The notes under the pieces are model-generated. The model was not told the origin of the DNA and ran no database searches. It saw only the letters and a program-made list of their open reading frames with translations. A DNA stretch of 64,000 bases from Nitrosopumilus sp. (GTDB lineage: Archaea > Thermoproteota > Nitrososphaeria > Nitrososphaerales > Nitrosopumilaceae): NCBI GenBank assembly GCA_965214775.1, contig OZ243974.1:64001-128000 (forward strand), in the 5' to 3' direction. Within the stretch, counting starts at the first letter, position 1. Each line of letters begins with the position of its first letter. The position numbers were made by a program, and so were the translations under genes. This document shows, in pieces, positions 48,666 through 58,128 of the stretch.

Positions 48666-50254
48666 AGACCTTATGCGTAATCGACTGGATCGAAATATTA
48701 CGTTTGCAAGCTGACCATGCATGCAGAACCGGCAGCGTCATACGGCATGTGCAAAGGCGGCAGAGGACACCGCACCGCATGTCATGAGCCCGTCTAGCTG
48801 ACAAAAACTGTAGTATCGTGCGGCATCGTGTGGCGCCGCAATGCGCTCCGCGTCGTAATATCAGAACCCAAGCCTGAGCTTCTTGTCCCGCTTGTCCCAC
48901 AGCGTCCTAAAGTTGGCAAGCCCGGCTGTCACCTGGAACTCCCGGTCAAACTCCTCGGCCGTCCCGTCGTACGGGTCGCGCATCCGCTTGTACTGTTTTA
49001 CCAGCCATATGGCATGCTCGACTGTCACCCTCTCGCTACTTGTCCTCCTGTTCTGTGCGCGCTGTTTCTTTGTAAGCTTGTCCCCCTTTGGTTTCTTGTG
49101 GGGCTGCATGGATATGACCCCTGGGTACATTTTTTTGATTCCAAGGTACCCAAGATCCGATAACAGTTTTACCTTCTCGTCATCGGGATGCTTCCTGTTG
49201 CTGCGCATCCTGGCAGTCAGGATTCCCAGCTCCGGGGGGTTGTCCCTTATCATGGTGAGGTCGTGCGCGCTTCCCGGAGCCGACTTGCTTGCGTATATTA
49301 TCAGCCTGTCCTTGTTGGTCATTACCTGGACGTTGCGCGTAAAGCTCTTCTTCTTGCCAGAGTACGCCTCCTTTCTTGGCTCCCTGTCTGTGGGGCGCTG
49401 TATGTCTATGTGCGTGCCGTCGACGGCTACGGTCAGGTCGGGGACGATCTTCATCAGATCCTCTATGGTGCATGTGTTTCGTATCTTCTGTGATATTTTA
49501 TACGGCGTGGGCAGTATCTCAAGGAATATGATGTCAGAAAACTTGATGTACCTGCATACGGTGCTCTGGTCTATGCCAAAGAATGCCGCCAGCTGCTCCT
49601 GGATGAGGTTTCCGCGCTTGCGCATCAGGGCCAGCAGGAAGGCGTGTCTGTAGGACAGCTTGCACCGGTTTCCGGGCCCGTCGTCCTCGTCCTCAGAAAA
49701 CAGGGGGCATTCTGTATGCTTTTTGGCCTTCTCCATATACAGGTTTAATATATATTCAAACTGACGCAGGTTCAGGGACGTGGTGGCCTGCAGGGATCGG
49801 CCGCCGATTATGTCCTCGAGCACCTCGAGCCTGTGCATGAACGCGACGTTCTCTGCGGTACGCCTTTTGTCATTCCATGTTACAGGCCAGAACCCGCGCT
49901 CAAAGTCCAGCCTCTGGTTTAACTGCCCTATCTTGTCCTGGGCCTGCTCGTACATTTGCCTGTACTGTGCATTCTCCCTCCCTTGCTGCCTGGCCTCCCT
50001 CTTGTACTGCATCTTCTCCTGCTCGTACATTTGCCTGTACTGCTCATTCTCTTTGCTCAGTTGCCGTATAAGCACGGTCTCGGATTTTGCCATCACTCCT
50101 GTTCGAGGATGGATCCCGGATCTAAATCAACCGACTGAAAATAGTCGCAGTTTTGATCAAATATTTTGGACAATGCGAGGCGCTGCCTGCCAGCCTGATG
50201 CATGATCAGCTTGCAAACAGGATATTTCGATCCGGGCGATTACGCATAAAGTCT
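48666..50254 (-). mobile_element. IS family A, second divergent complete copy
   Basis: Long imperfect TIRs (~55 bp) starting AGACCTTATGCGTAATCG; AAT TSD. Confidence 0.9.
48861..50096 (-). CDS. Transposase (HTH_Tnp_4 + DDE_Tnp_4) with N-terminal coiled coil
   Basis: LAAFFGIDQSTVCRY, AVDGT, YSGKKK, GSAHD, SDLGYLG, RVTVEHAI. Confidence 0.9.
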   Translation of the reverse strand: MMAKSETVLIRQLSKENEQYRQMYEQEKMQYKREARQQGRENAQYRQMYEQAQDKIGQLNQRLDFERGFWPVTWNDKRRTAENVAFMHRLEVLEDIIGGRSLQATTSLNLRQFEYILNLYMEKAKKHTECPLFSEDEDDGPGNRCKLSYRHAFLLALMRKRGNLIQEQLAAFFGIDQSTVCRYIKFSDIIFLEILPTPYKISQKIRNTCTIEDLMKIVPDLTVAVDGTHIDIQRPTDREPRKEAYSGKKKSFTRNVQVMTNKDRLIIYASKSAPGSAHDLTMIRDNPPELGILTARMRSNRKHPDDEKVKLLSDLGYLGIKKMYPGVISMQPHKKPKGDKLTKKQRAQNRRTSSERVTVEHAIWLVKQYKRMRDPYDGTAEEFDREFQVTAGLANFRTLWDKRDKKLRLGF

Positions 50255-50280
50255 AATATATAAATAAAAAAAGATGGGAA

Positions 50281-50760
50281 TTATGCCCGATCAAGTCCTC
50301 TCCAATCTCTATTGCCTGACGTATCAGACCCTGTTAATGGTTCGTATGTGGTTTGAACTGACCAGCTTATAGCAACGAGCAGAAATAATTGAGGTTTTTT
50401 ACGTGTAGTTATGCCTACTTTGACTCAAAGACTTCTGCCCGTTGCTATAGAAAATCTCCGTCATCAACTCCGCAATTGCAAGTCTGGATAATGTTTCCAG
50501 CTTCTTGATTATCGGTCTTCATTGTATATGATAATCCTTTTGTAATGTTTCTAGTGATGAAGTCGATTTCTTCAAAATAGACATTGTTGCAAAATGGCAA
50601 AAACCAGCCCACACTTTTAGTATCAGGTACAGCCCAATCCCAACTTATGGTGTCTGTACCGGTGTTGATTGTTCCAGTAATTGTTTTTGATGTAGAGGGA
50701 ATTGTGTTGTTATCACATGCGTTGTGATAATCATTTACTGGTATTTGTGAACCTGTTGTA
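50281..50760 (-). pseudogene. 3' fragment of an unknown gene split by MITE D
   Basis: Removing the MITE joins ...DDGDFL to SWSVQTTYEPLTGSDTSGNRDWRGLDRA*; the 5' end is replaced by repeats. Confidence 0.55.
50368..50449. mobile_element. MITE family D, reverse orientation
   Basis: TATAGCAACGAGCAGAAA...CTGCCCGTTGCTATA. Confidence 0.88.
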
Positions 50761-50825
50761 TTTGTGAACCTGTTGTATTTGTGAACCTGTTGTATTTGTG
50801 AACCTGTTGTATTTGTGAACCTGTT
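50741..50825. repeat. 17-bp tandem repeat x5 (GTATTTGTGAACCTGTT)
   Basis: Directly visible; abuts the composite repeat. Confidence 0.92.
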
Positions 50826-51230
50826 GTAACTGCAGAATGGTTCTGACAAATGGATGAAGAATGGTGCTGAGGGAGATCCTCGTATAGATAAATGTCCGAC
50901 CTTCATTTTGGGATTGTCAGGAAGAGACCCCCAGCCAATGCTATGCCTCACAACACCGTTGCGCGTGGAGTTCTTATAAACACGACACATCAGTACTTCC
51001 TAGGTGTACTTTTACAGGCACGGTAATTACGTAATTTGGAGAAGACCTTATGCGTAAACGAAATTAGCGGCTATGCAGTGCCGGGTCTGCAAAAATACAC
51101 CTAGGAAGTACTGACATAGATAACAGCTCGGGCTCTGGGAGTGGCTTACGATTTTAGGCACAAATTACATCCACGAATGCATCTCTGCTGGCAAAATTTA
51201 CGCCTGAGATTCCAGAGCCCGAGCTGTTAC
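50826..51230 (+). repeat. Composite dispersed repeat, copy 2, containing nested MITE F and an inverted family I module
   Basis: Near-identity to 5301-5465; TAACAGCTCGGGCTCTGG...CCAGAGCCCGAGCTGTTA at 51121-51229. Confidence 0.78.
50991..51113. mobile_element. MITE family F
   Basis: Perfect TIR CAGTACTTCCTAGGTGTA; 4-bp TSD ACAT; empty site visible in copy 1. Confidence 0.9.
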
Positions 51231-51412
51231 GTAGTTAATCATACGTAGTTAATCATAGCTGCCTTTTCAAACCCTGTCTCTGTTTTTAAGAAAACAGTCC
51301 TTTGCAGAGGGATGGAAGGCAAGACGGCCATGCTCAGGGAATTGCTCAGAGAGGAGCTGGACAGGCTCAAGAAGGAAAGCGGCACAAACGCAGACCTTGA
51401 GGTCCGGAGCGG

Positions 51413-51638
51413 GTTCCACCGGAGCATCGAGGAGGAGATATGGAACCACGAGAGCCTGTCTGCATACATCGGCTACTATAACGAGGACAGGCTGTACTGG
51501 TCGCTTGACATCGACAACTACGAGACGCCGTTGCGGGCATTCTGTGACAGGAAGGCCACATATGCGATCAGGAAAAGCAACCCAAAATGGATGGAGGAGA
51601 ACATTGGTGATGGTGCGACATAATTTTCATATAATACA
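51413..51638 (+). pseudogene. 3' remnant of IS481 including the right TIR
   Basis: FHRSIEEEIWNH...EENIGDGAT* followed by TTTTCATATAATACA, matching 3816-4040. Confidence 0.88.
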
Positions 51639-51747
51639 ATGTTTTGACAATCTGCTCAACATACCACCACCACAATCATCCTGATCTAAACGCAGTCCCT
51701 GCTCTGTCATCGTCCCGTCCCAAAGTCCGGCCTAATACACTTAACAG

Positions 51748-53016
51748 TCATGAAAAGAATTTTGTGGCCAAAAAGAAGATTGCAAATCCGATCAAAAACG
51801 CAATTCCGGCATAGCTGAGAGCCTTCAATACAGTGGAGGGATGATGCTCTTTTGGAAGGTACCTTCCAGTCACCAATCTGAAATTAAAGATGGCAATTAT
51901 CGGGGCAATCACAAATGACAGAACGGTTGCAAAGTCAACTAGTTCCTTTAGGTTTCCGGCAAACTGGAAGACTACCACCAAAGAACCAACTGACAGAACT
52001 GTAAGAAAAACAGCATAGAACGTTCTGAATTTTGTGCGTATCTTTTCCTCCTTTTTAGAAAAGATCAATTCAACTGTTCTCTCCATGGAACGGGAGTATC
52101 CATCAAACAGCGCAATGATAGTTCCAAACATTACAGAAAATGCAGAAGCTGCAATCACAACATAGCTCCATTCGCCTATGGTCTGAGTGTACAGGGTAAC
52201 TACCTTGTGTGCAAAACTAGAATTGCTGTTTGGTAACTCTTCACCTGAGCCATAAAAGATGAAAGTGCCAAGTACTACAAACATCACAGCCAGAACGCCA
52301 GTAATCAGATAAGCAAGACGGAATTCAAACAGTGTCTCCTTTAGTTTTGGTTTGTAACTAGTTTGTTTTGAGCGCTCAAGCGTCCACAGACTGCTCCAGC
52401 TGGAGAGATCAAGCGGAGCAGGCATCCAACCCATCAAGGCCAACAGGAAAAAGACACCAGCCAAATTCCAAAGTTCTTTTGGGGCAAATCCAGGAACTTC
52501 CTCGATTGGGCCGTTGTACAGTGCAAGCAAGAACGCAGATACCGTAGATACAAGCAAAACAACTGCGATTATCTTGATGAGGCTGTCCAGAACGTTGTAT
52601 TTTCCGACAGATAAAATTCCAGCACAGATTGCAAACAGGATCACCACCGTAAATTCTTCTAGAAAGTCGATTCCAAACAGATTCTCAAAAAATCCCGCAG
52701 TCACAAACCCCACTGCGCCAGTTACAAAGAACATGGAGCAAACCGTAATTAGAAAATACAACCACAATGCAGGCTTTCCGAGTTTTTTGTAGCCGTCTAT
52801 GATGCTTGTTTGAGTGGAGTTTGCATATCGAGAGCCATATTCAAAGAAGGGATATTTGAGTACGGTTGCAAGTACGACAAAACCCAGAATCATCAAGCCA
52901 AAGTCAGCACCGGCGCGAGTCGATTGAATCAGATGTGATACGCCAATTGCAGTGCATGCAAAAAGTATTCCGGGTCCTGCGGTTTTTGAAAAATCAGAAA
53001 GTTTGGGATTCATCAT
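51748..53016 (-). CDS. NRAMP-like divalent metal/APC-superfamily transporter
   Basis: GPGILFACTAIGVSHL, KYPFFE, LMGWMP; about 11 TM segments; start set at MMNPKL. Confidence 0.82.
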   Translation of the reverse strand: MMNPKLSDFSKTAGPGILFACTAIGVSHLIQSTRAGADFGLMILGFVVLATVLKYPFFEYGSRYANSTQTSIIDGYKKLGKPALWLYFLITVCSMFFVTGAVGFVTAGFFENLFGIDFLEEFTVVILFAICAGILSVGKYNVLDSLIKIIAVVLLVSTVSAFLLALYNGPIEEVPGFAPKELWNLAGVFFLLALMGWMPAPLDLSSWSSLWTLERSKQTSYKPKLKETLFEFRLAYLITGVLAVMFVVLGTFIFYGSGEELPNSNSSFAHKVVTLYTQTIGEWSYVVIAASAFSVMFGTIIALFDGYSRSMERTVELIFSKKEEKIRTKFRTFYAVFLTVLSVGSLVVVFQFAGNLKELVDFATVLSFVIAPIIAIFNFRLVTGRYLPKEHHPSTVLKALSYAGIAFLIGFAIFFLATKFFS

Positions 53017-53392
53017 TCCATACAGCATTGACGCTCCAAGGGCCACCAATCCAAACGCCAACTGCTTTGGCATCCAGCTCCCGTGAAGAGATTGCTTCAA
53101 CTCCTTTTTTGATGTGTGTAATGTGTTCTCTGTCATATACTGGGTTTCTGGCACGGTCATAATGGCCCGATACGACGGCAATCAACGAAGATCCGTGTGC
53201 ATTAATTGAGAGTCCAGCTTTTGTCCTGATAGATTCCAAGTCGTCATTGTCTGCAATTTTTTTGTCAACGCCGGATTCTGTGATTGTGTCAACATGGTCA
53301 ACAGAGTGATTTTCTTTAGTCCATTTTGCCGAAGGGATTTGAATCCTGCTGTCCATGCAAGCAACAGACGTCGTAAATTCTCCTTCTGCCAT
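52994..53392 (-). CDS. Small beta-carbonic anhydrase-like protein, probably degenerate
   Basis: CMDSR in place of CxDGR and GHYDRARN in place of GHxDCAGN. Confidence 0.65.
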   Translation of the reverse strand: MAEGEFTTSVACMDSRIQIPSAKWTKENHSVDHVDTITESGVDKKIADNDDLESIRTKAGLSINAHGSSLIAVVSGHYDRARNPVYDREHITHIKKGVEAISSRELDAKAVGVWIGGPWSVNAVWNDESQTF

Positions 53393-53421
53393 GATATCAA
53401 GAAAAATGGCTGCCTTAATAA

Positions 53422-53976
53422 CTATTTTTGGAAACGAAAACATTCAGCAGTGTGATCATTGACCATTCCAGTTGCCTGCATCAGGGCATAACAGATTGTA
53501 GGACCGACAAAACTGAATCCGCGTTTTTTGAGATCCCTGCTTAGTTTTTCAGAGACCTCAGATGATGCTGGCAAGTCTGAAGGTTTTTTGAAGTTGTTTC
53601 TGATAGGCCTGCCATTGACAAAACCCCACAAATACCTGTCAAAGGAGCCAAACTCTCTCTGAACTTTGAGAAATTGCCTGGCATTATTTACCGCTGAATT
53701 GATTTTGAGTCTGTTTCTGATGATTGACTTGTCTTGGAGCAGTTTTTCTATGCGTCTTTCAGAGTATCTTGCCACCTTTTTGGCATCAAAATCAGAAAAT
53801 GCCTTCCTGTAACCCTCCCTTCTGTTCAGAATAGTCGTCCAGGACAGTCCTGCCTGGGCTCCTTCCAGAATCAGAAATTCAAACAGCTTTTGATCATCGT
53901 GTTGCGGACATCCCCATTCATTGTCATGGTAGGACAGGTTTGGCTCATAGTTTGCCCATTGGCATCTCTTTTTCAA
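53422..53976 (-). CDS. tag: DNA-3-methyladenine glycosylase I
   Basis: RCQW, YHDNEWG, LEGAQAGLSW, IIRNRLKI, GMVNDH...CF. Confidence 0.93.
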   Translation of the reverse strand: MKKRCQWANYEPNLSYHDNEWGCPQHDDQKLFEFLILEGAQAGLSWTTILNRREGYRKAFSDFDAKKVARYSERRIEKLLQDKSIIRNRLKINSAVNNARQFLKVQREFGSFDRYLWGFVNGRPIRNNFKKPSDLPASSEVSEKLSRDLKKRGFSFVGPTICYALMQATGMVNDHTAECFRFQK

Positions 53977-54098
53977 CGTCGTTTCAGAGATGATACAGGA
54001 CGTTAGTTAAATGAAACGGGCTTGCATGAATCTAAATCGGCAACTTTTGCAGGCAGATCATATCTTTTTGATCTGCCTTGGAATCCCTGCATCGTTTT

Positions 54099-54211
54099 TG
54101 GCGCAACATCTAGTGTTCTGGGAGCCGTTTCGATTTTATGCACAGGTTCTATTTTGATCGGCATTCATCAGTAATGAAATTCACGTCTGAACTTCCAGAG
54201 CCTGATCTGCC
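54099..54211. mobile_element. MITE family I, stand-alone degenerate copy
   Basis: Reverse complement GGCAGATCAGGCTCTGGAAGTTCAG...TGTGCATAAAATC...CTCCCAG aligns with 5470-5576. Confidence 0.6.
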
Positions 54212-54224
54212 ACCTTTTGGCAGT

Positions 54225-54302
54225 AGACCTTGTGCATATTTGCCAAAAATAATGTAAAGGCTGGCTGATTTTCTTGATCCACACCGATTACGCATAAAGT
54301 CT
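54225..54302. mobile_element. MITE family A
   Basis: AGACCTTGTGC...GATTACGCATAAAGTCT; AGT TSD. Confidence 0.85.
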
Positions 54303-54745
54303 AGTAATTACACAACTGTCACAGGAATGCTTGCAGGTATCGAGGCCTTCTCTCACAGGCAGGCCTGCCGTGTTTTGATTCGGAGACTCTTGTGTGTTGT
54401 TATGAATAATCAAGAAAACTTTCCAGACACGGCGTTGCCGCAACTTTTGGATGCGTTATAGTGGGTTTCGGGATTTTTTTTCTGTGTTGTCTTGCTTTGA
54501 TGACAGAAAACACTGCAGAATATGAAATCAAGCTTGATCAAGAAAGAAATCATTGCGACAACGGTATGCCATCATCTAAAATCGGAGAAACGATTTGTCT
54601 TGCTTGCAATCAGGTGGCCGGCGCTGCATTGTCTTCCAAAAATTGGAGTTGAGTCATTCCCTTCCATCGTTGATTTCTAAAGTATTCCTACTGCGTTTTA
54701 ATGGCGCCAGTTACAATATTCCCGAGAGAGGCAAAAACTTTTGAA

Positions 54746-55165
54746 CTATCTTGCAAGTTGGTTTACTAGATCAGTCGAAGTGATAATTCCGACAATCTTG
54801 CCGCTGTCAGATACTGCCAGTTTTCTGATTTTTTTGCTGCTCATCATCTCTGCAGCATAAGAAATCGGAGCGTCGTTTGGAATTGTGATTAACGGGGAGG
54901 ACATTATTTTTTCAACCGGGGTATCAAAGGAAAGACTTTGTGCTGCAATTTTTGTCGCAAAATCTCTATCAGTGATGATTCCGACTGGAATATGATTGTC
55001 TTTGACAATGATTGCGCCTATGCCTCCCTGTTCCATCATCTTTGCAATCTGAAGTGCAGTCGTTGCAGGGTTTACTGAGATTAATGCTTTGGTCATAATG
55101 TCCTCTACTTTGATGGCAGAACAGTCAAAGTCTTCTTGGCTCACTACCAGTATACGAAATTGCAA
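54746..55165 (-). CDS. CBS domain pair protein
   Basis: VGIITDRD and VGIITSTDL; start uncertain. Confidence 0.88.
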   Translation of the reverse strand: MQFRILVVSQEDFDCSAIKVEDIMTKALISVNPATTALQIAKMMEQGGIGAIIVKDNHIPVGIITDRDFATKIAAQSLSFDTPVEKIMSSPLITIPNDAPISYAAEMMSSKKIRKLAVSDSGKIVGIITSTDLVNQLAR

Positions 55166-55211
55166 TATTTAAGAAATTCATGTTGCAAGCCAGAGAGATG
55201 ATTTGTAATTA

Positions 55212-55383
55212 TATAGTGACGAGCAAAAATTCTTCAACATATGTGGGCATAAACTATGCAGGGAGGTGCTTTCCGTTGTTGAAGAACTTGTGCTTTTCAC
55301 TATAGCAACGGGCAAAAGTCTTTGAGTCAAAGTAGGTCATAACTACACGTAAAAAACCTCAATTATTTCTGCTCGTTGCTATA
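55212..55383. mobile_element. Tandem TA-target MITEs: family K (55212-55304) and family D (55301-55383)
   Basis: K has 28-bp imperfect TIRs TATAGTGA..AGCA.AA.TTCTTCAACA and shares the TATA with D. Confidence 0.8.
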
Positions 55384-55432
55384 GTCAGCTCTTGTTGCGA
55401 TTCGTAAAAATAAAAAGAGAGGGAAAGGGTTC

Positions 55433-56830
55433 TTATTCCACAGTGACGCTGCCGATCATCCACGGATGCAACAGGCAAAAGTAGTCATATTCTCCTGGCT
55501 CTTCGAACGTGTGTTCGAATGTTGCGCCACCAGGCATAAAGTCGCTGTCGAATCCATGTCCGCCTGGATAGTCAGTGCCGATTGAGTCCGAATCAGGCCA
55601 GCCTGCCGTTACAGTGTGAGGAATTGAGCCGTCAGAGTTAATCCAAGTTACAGTGTCCCCTACATGAACAGTAAGGTGTGTCGGAGTATAGCACATGTCA
55701 TTCTCTTCACATCCTGGAATGCCAGAGCCTACTGGCATGTCAACAGTATTTGGAGGCAATTCTTTGGCAGGCATTTTGCCATCTACGGCGTGCATTGCAG
55801 CTATTTCAGCCTCTACTTCTTCAATTATTTCATGAACCTCGTGCAGTACATGCTCTACAGAATCATTTCCAGAATTGTAGATGCTGATCTGTGTGCCAAC
55901 ATCATCAATAAGATCTGATGTGATGTAGAGGGAAGTAAAGCCTTCATGTACTTCAATGACGCCTGCCATGGCATCTTCAGATGGCATTTTATCTAATTCA
56001 AACTTGTGCAGGTGCTCATCTATTGCTCCAATAAACTCTGGATCAACGTTCTGCGGCTCGGCTGACAGGTGAACTGCCTCGACTGCATCTCCTCCTGATA
56101 GTCTGCCAGAGTCGATGTGGCCGATGATTACGTCGACTGCCTCAATCAGATCGGACGTAATGTACAGCCCGACAAAGCCTTCATGCACCTCCCTGATACC
56201 GTCAATGGCCTCATCAGCGGAGATCTTGTCCAGTTCGAACTTGTGTATTACCTCGTCTAATGCGCCCTGGTACTCGGGGTTTACGTTCTGTGGCTCGGCT
56301 GACAGGTGAACTGCCTCGATTGTATCCTCTACGCTGAGAGTTCCTCTGTTGTGGAGATTTAATTTATCACCTACGTCATCGATGATGTCATTTGAGATTC
56401 TTGCATCAACATATGCAGCATGCACCTCTTTGATTCCATTTAGAGCTTCTTCAGCAGAGATCTTGTCCAGTTCGAACTTGTGGATAAAAACATCCAGTTG
56501 TGCCGGATACTCAGAGTCTGCAGTACGTGCAGTTGGCATGATTTTTCCTGTTTTATAATCAGAGTGATCATCGGAGTGCATCGGAGTAGAACCAACCAAG
56601 ACGCTCGGGGCTTTCAAATATGCTTTAAACCAGTTTGCCTGATATGCTTCTTTTCCGCCCGGATATTCAGAACACATAGCAAGTCCACAGATTTGAGAGG
56701 CAGGGTCAGTACCAGATAACGGTACGCCTTTGCCTTTAACGGCTTCAGCTTCTGGAATTATATTTCCAGACAGTCCTACAATCCCAACCATCAAGACTGC
56801 CGTCATGAATACGGTTAGATTTCGAGTCAT
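55433..56830 (-). CDS. Secreted blue-copper (cupredoxin) protein with three His-rich helical repeats
   Basis: Signal peptide; three HKFELDK repeats of ~80 aa; C-terminal PHTVT...YFCLLHPWM type-1 copper ligands. Confidence 0.88.
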   Translation of the reverse strand: MTRNLTVFMTAVLMVGIVGLSGNIIPEAEAVKGKGVPLSGTDPASQICGLAMCSEYPGGKEAYQANWFKAYLKAPSVLVGSTPMHSDDHSDYKTGKIMPTARTADSEYPAQLDVFIHKFELDKISAEEALNGIKEVHAAYVDARISNDIIDDVGDKLNLHNRGTLSVEDTIEAVHLSAEPQNVNPEYQGALDEVIHKFELDKISADEAIDGIREVHEGFVGLYITSDLIEAVDVIIGHIDSGRLSGGDAVEAVHLSAEPQNVDPEFIGAIDEHLHKFELDKMPSEDAMAGVIEVHEGFTSLYITSDLIDDVGTQISIYNSGNDSVEHVLHEVHEIIEEVEAEIAAMHAVDGKMPAKELPPNTVDMPVGSGIPGCEENDMCYTPTHLTVHVGDTVTWINSDGSIPHTVTAGWPDSDSIGTDYPGGHGFDSDFMPGGATFEHTFEEPGEYDYFCLLHPWMIGSVTVE

Positions 56831-56906
56831 CAGTAAAAGCAGTCAGACTAGCATACTTAATCCTGTGTCTTTTTCTCATGTTATAAAACAAGAATTGAAA
56901 ATGTCC

Positions 56907-57107
56907 CTACTTCCATTTGTTCAAATTTTTCTCAAAAATTGTCGAAACAGTTACTGGGCGCATCTGTAATCTCTCTTTGTTTTGTTCAATGCAGTTTGAA
57001 CACAGATAATGGGATTTGTCACAATAGTGACAGTAGATTTTCTCAGTAATTGGGTTGATTTTACACAATTCGCACATGGTTTGTCCGTTAAGATTTTTTG
57101 AAATCAT
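56907..57107 (-). CDS. Small Cys-rich protein
   Basis: CELC, CHYC, HYLCSNC. Confidence 0.55.
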   Translation of the reverse strand: MISKNLNGQTMCELCKINPITEKIYCHYCDKSHYLCSNCIEQNKERLQMRPVTVSTIFEKNLNKWK

Positions 57108-57113
57108 ACTTCT

Positions 57114-57341
57114 TCATCCGTTGACTGATTTTTCCACAATGTGGGCTCTCTTCCGCTTGCTCCCTCTAGGCGAGGTTCTCAGTCTGTATTTGCAGCATGG
57201 ACAACGAGATCCATCCCAGTTGATAAAAACTTCACAGAATTGACACCGTTTCTGACCACCGATGTACCGCTTTCCGTTGGAGGGACGTTTAGATTTGTAT
57301 TTTAAGCAAACAAGTTTGCAGGACATAAACAAAGTATGCAA
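57114..57341 (-). CDS. Small zinc-ribbon protein
   Basis: CKLVC, KRCQFC, RCPCC...LRT. Confidence 0.65.
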   Translation of the reverse strand: MHTLFMSCKLVCLKYKSKRPSNGKRYIGGQKRCQFCEVFINWDGSRCPCCKYRLRTSPRGSKRKRAHIVEKSVNG

Positions 57342-57640
57342 AAGCAGATAATAATAATTTCAATGATTTTAAGACTCTAGTTTACCAAAGCAGAATGAGA
57401 TCGTCGTTTTTCATTAAACATAACCATAGAATAAAGGCTTGCAATCTCATAAATCTATAATAATTTTCAGAATATACCCACAGTGTCATGCAGTGCACCG
57501 ACATTAGCCCTAGAAATGTACTGCAAGACTGGAGAAATTGAAAACCAAATAAAAATAGGCGTTCATCCTAGTTAACGAGGGAGTAGTTCTATTGGCATGA
57601 GTCAACTTGGTTTTCAATTCTCTTATTTTCTAAAATTTTG

Positions 57641-57787
57641 TCAAGCAGCTGAAGGATGTACATGGGTTTGAATCTCTTCAATTGCATTGCAGCATTTGCA
57701 GATAGTAGAAACGACCATTTTGCATTGGCTGCACTTTGAGTATTCTTTAATTTCGCATCCACATATCCTGCATAGTTCGCTTTTCAA
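57641..57787 (-). CDS. 48-aa Cys-rich microprotein
   Basis: MKSELCRICGCEIKEYSKCSQCKMVVSTICKCCNAIEEIQTHVH...; TTG start; manual translation. Confidence 0.5.
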   Translation of the reverse strand: MKSELCRICGCEIKEYSKCSQCKMVVSTICKCCNAIEEIQTHVHPSAA

Positions 57788-57819
57788 TTCGATCTCAAAA
57801 ATGATAGGGGATTAGCCAG

Positions 57820-58128
57820 TCATTTGGATAAGACTGACAGAATCGGCATTGCGTCCCATTGGTACAGTTCATAGGTCAAGATTCCAGAGCAAATATCCTC
57901 ATATTTTTTGTAAAACGCCCTAGCTTCTTCCTCTGTGGCCTCAAAAACGGCCATAGAAGACAATGCATTGTCAAAAGGTCCAGAAAGCATGATTTTTCCA
58001 TCTGCATGCCACTCATCCACCAGCGCAGAAACTCGTGGAGATATCCTTTGCAAGTCCCGAGGATCGGTATCCTGCTTTATGCTGCTTACAATCACCCAGG
58101 GTTTAACATCAGACTGACTCATGTCCAC
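57820..58128 (-). CDS. YciI-like dimeric alpha/beta barrel protein
   Basis: GKIMLSGPF...SSMAVFEA. Confidence 0.65.
   Translation of the reverse strand: MDMSQSDVKPWVIVSSIKQDTDPRDLQRISPRVSALVDEWHADGKIMLSGPFDNALSSMAVFEATEEEARAFYKKYEDICSGILTYELYQWDAMPILSVLSK

Noticed and set aside
51312-51623. 103-aa ORF as a novel gene
   Set aside because: The C-terminal two thirds are an IS481 remnant; probably a chance fusion.
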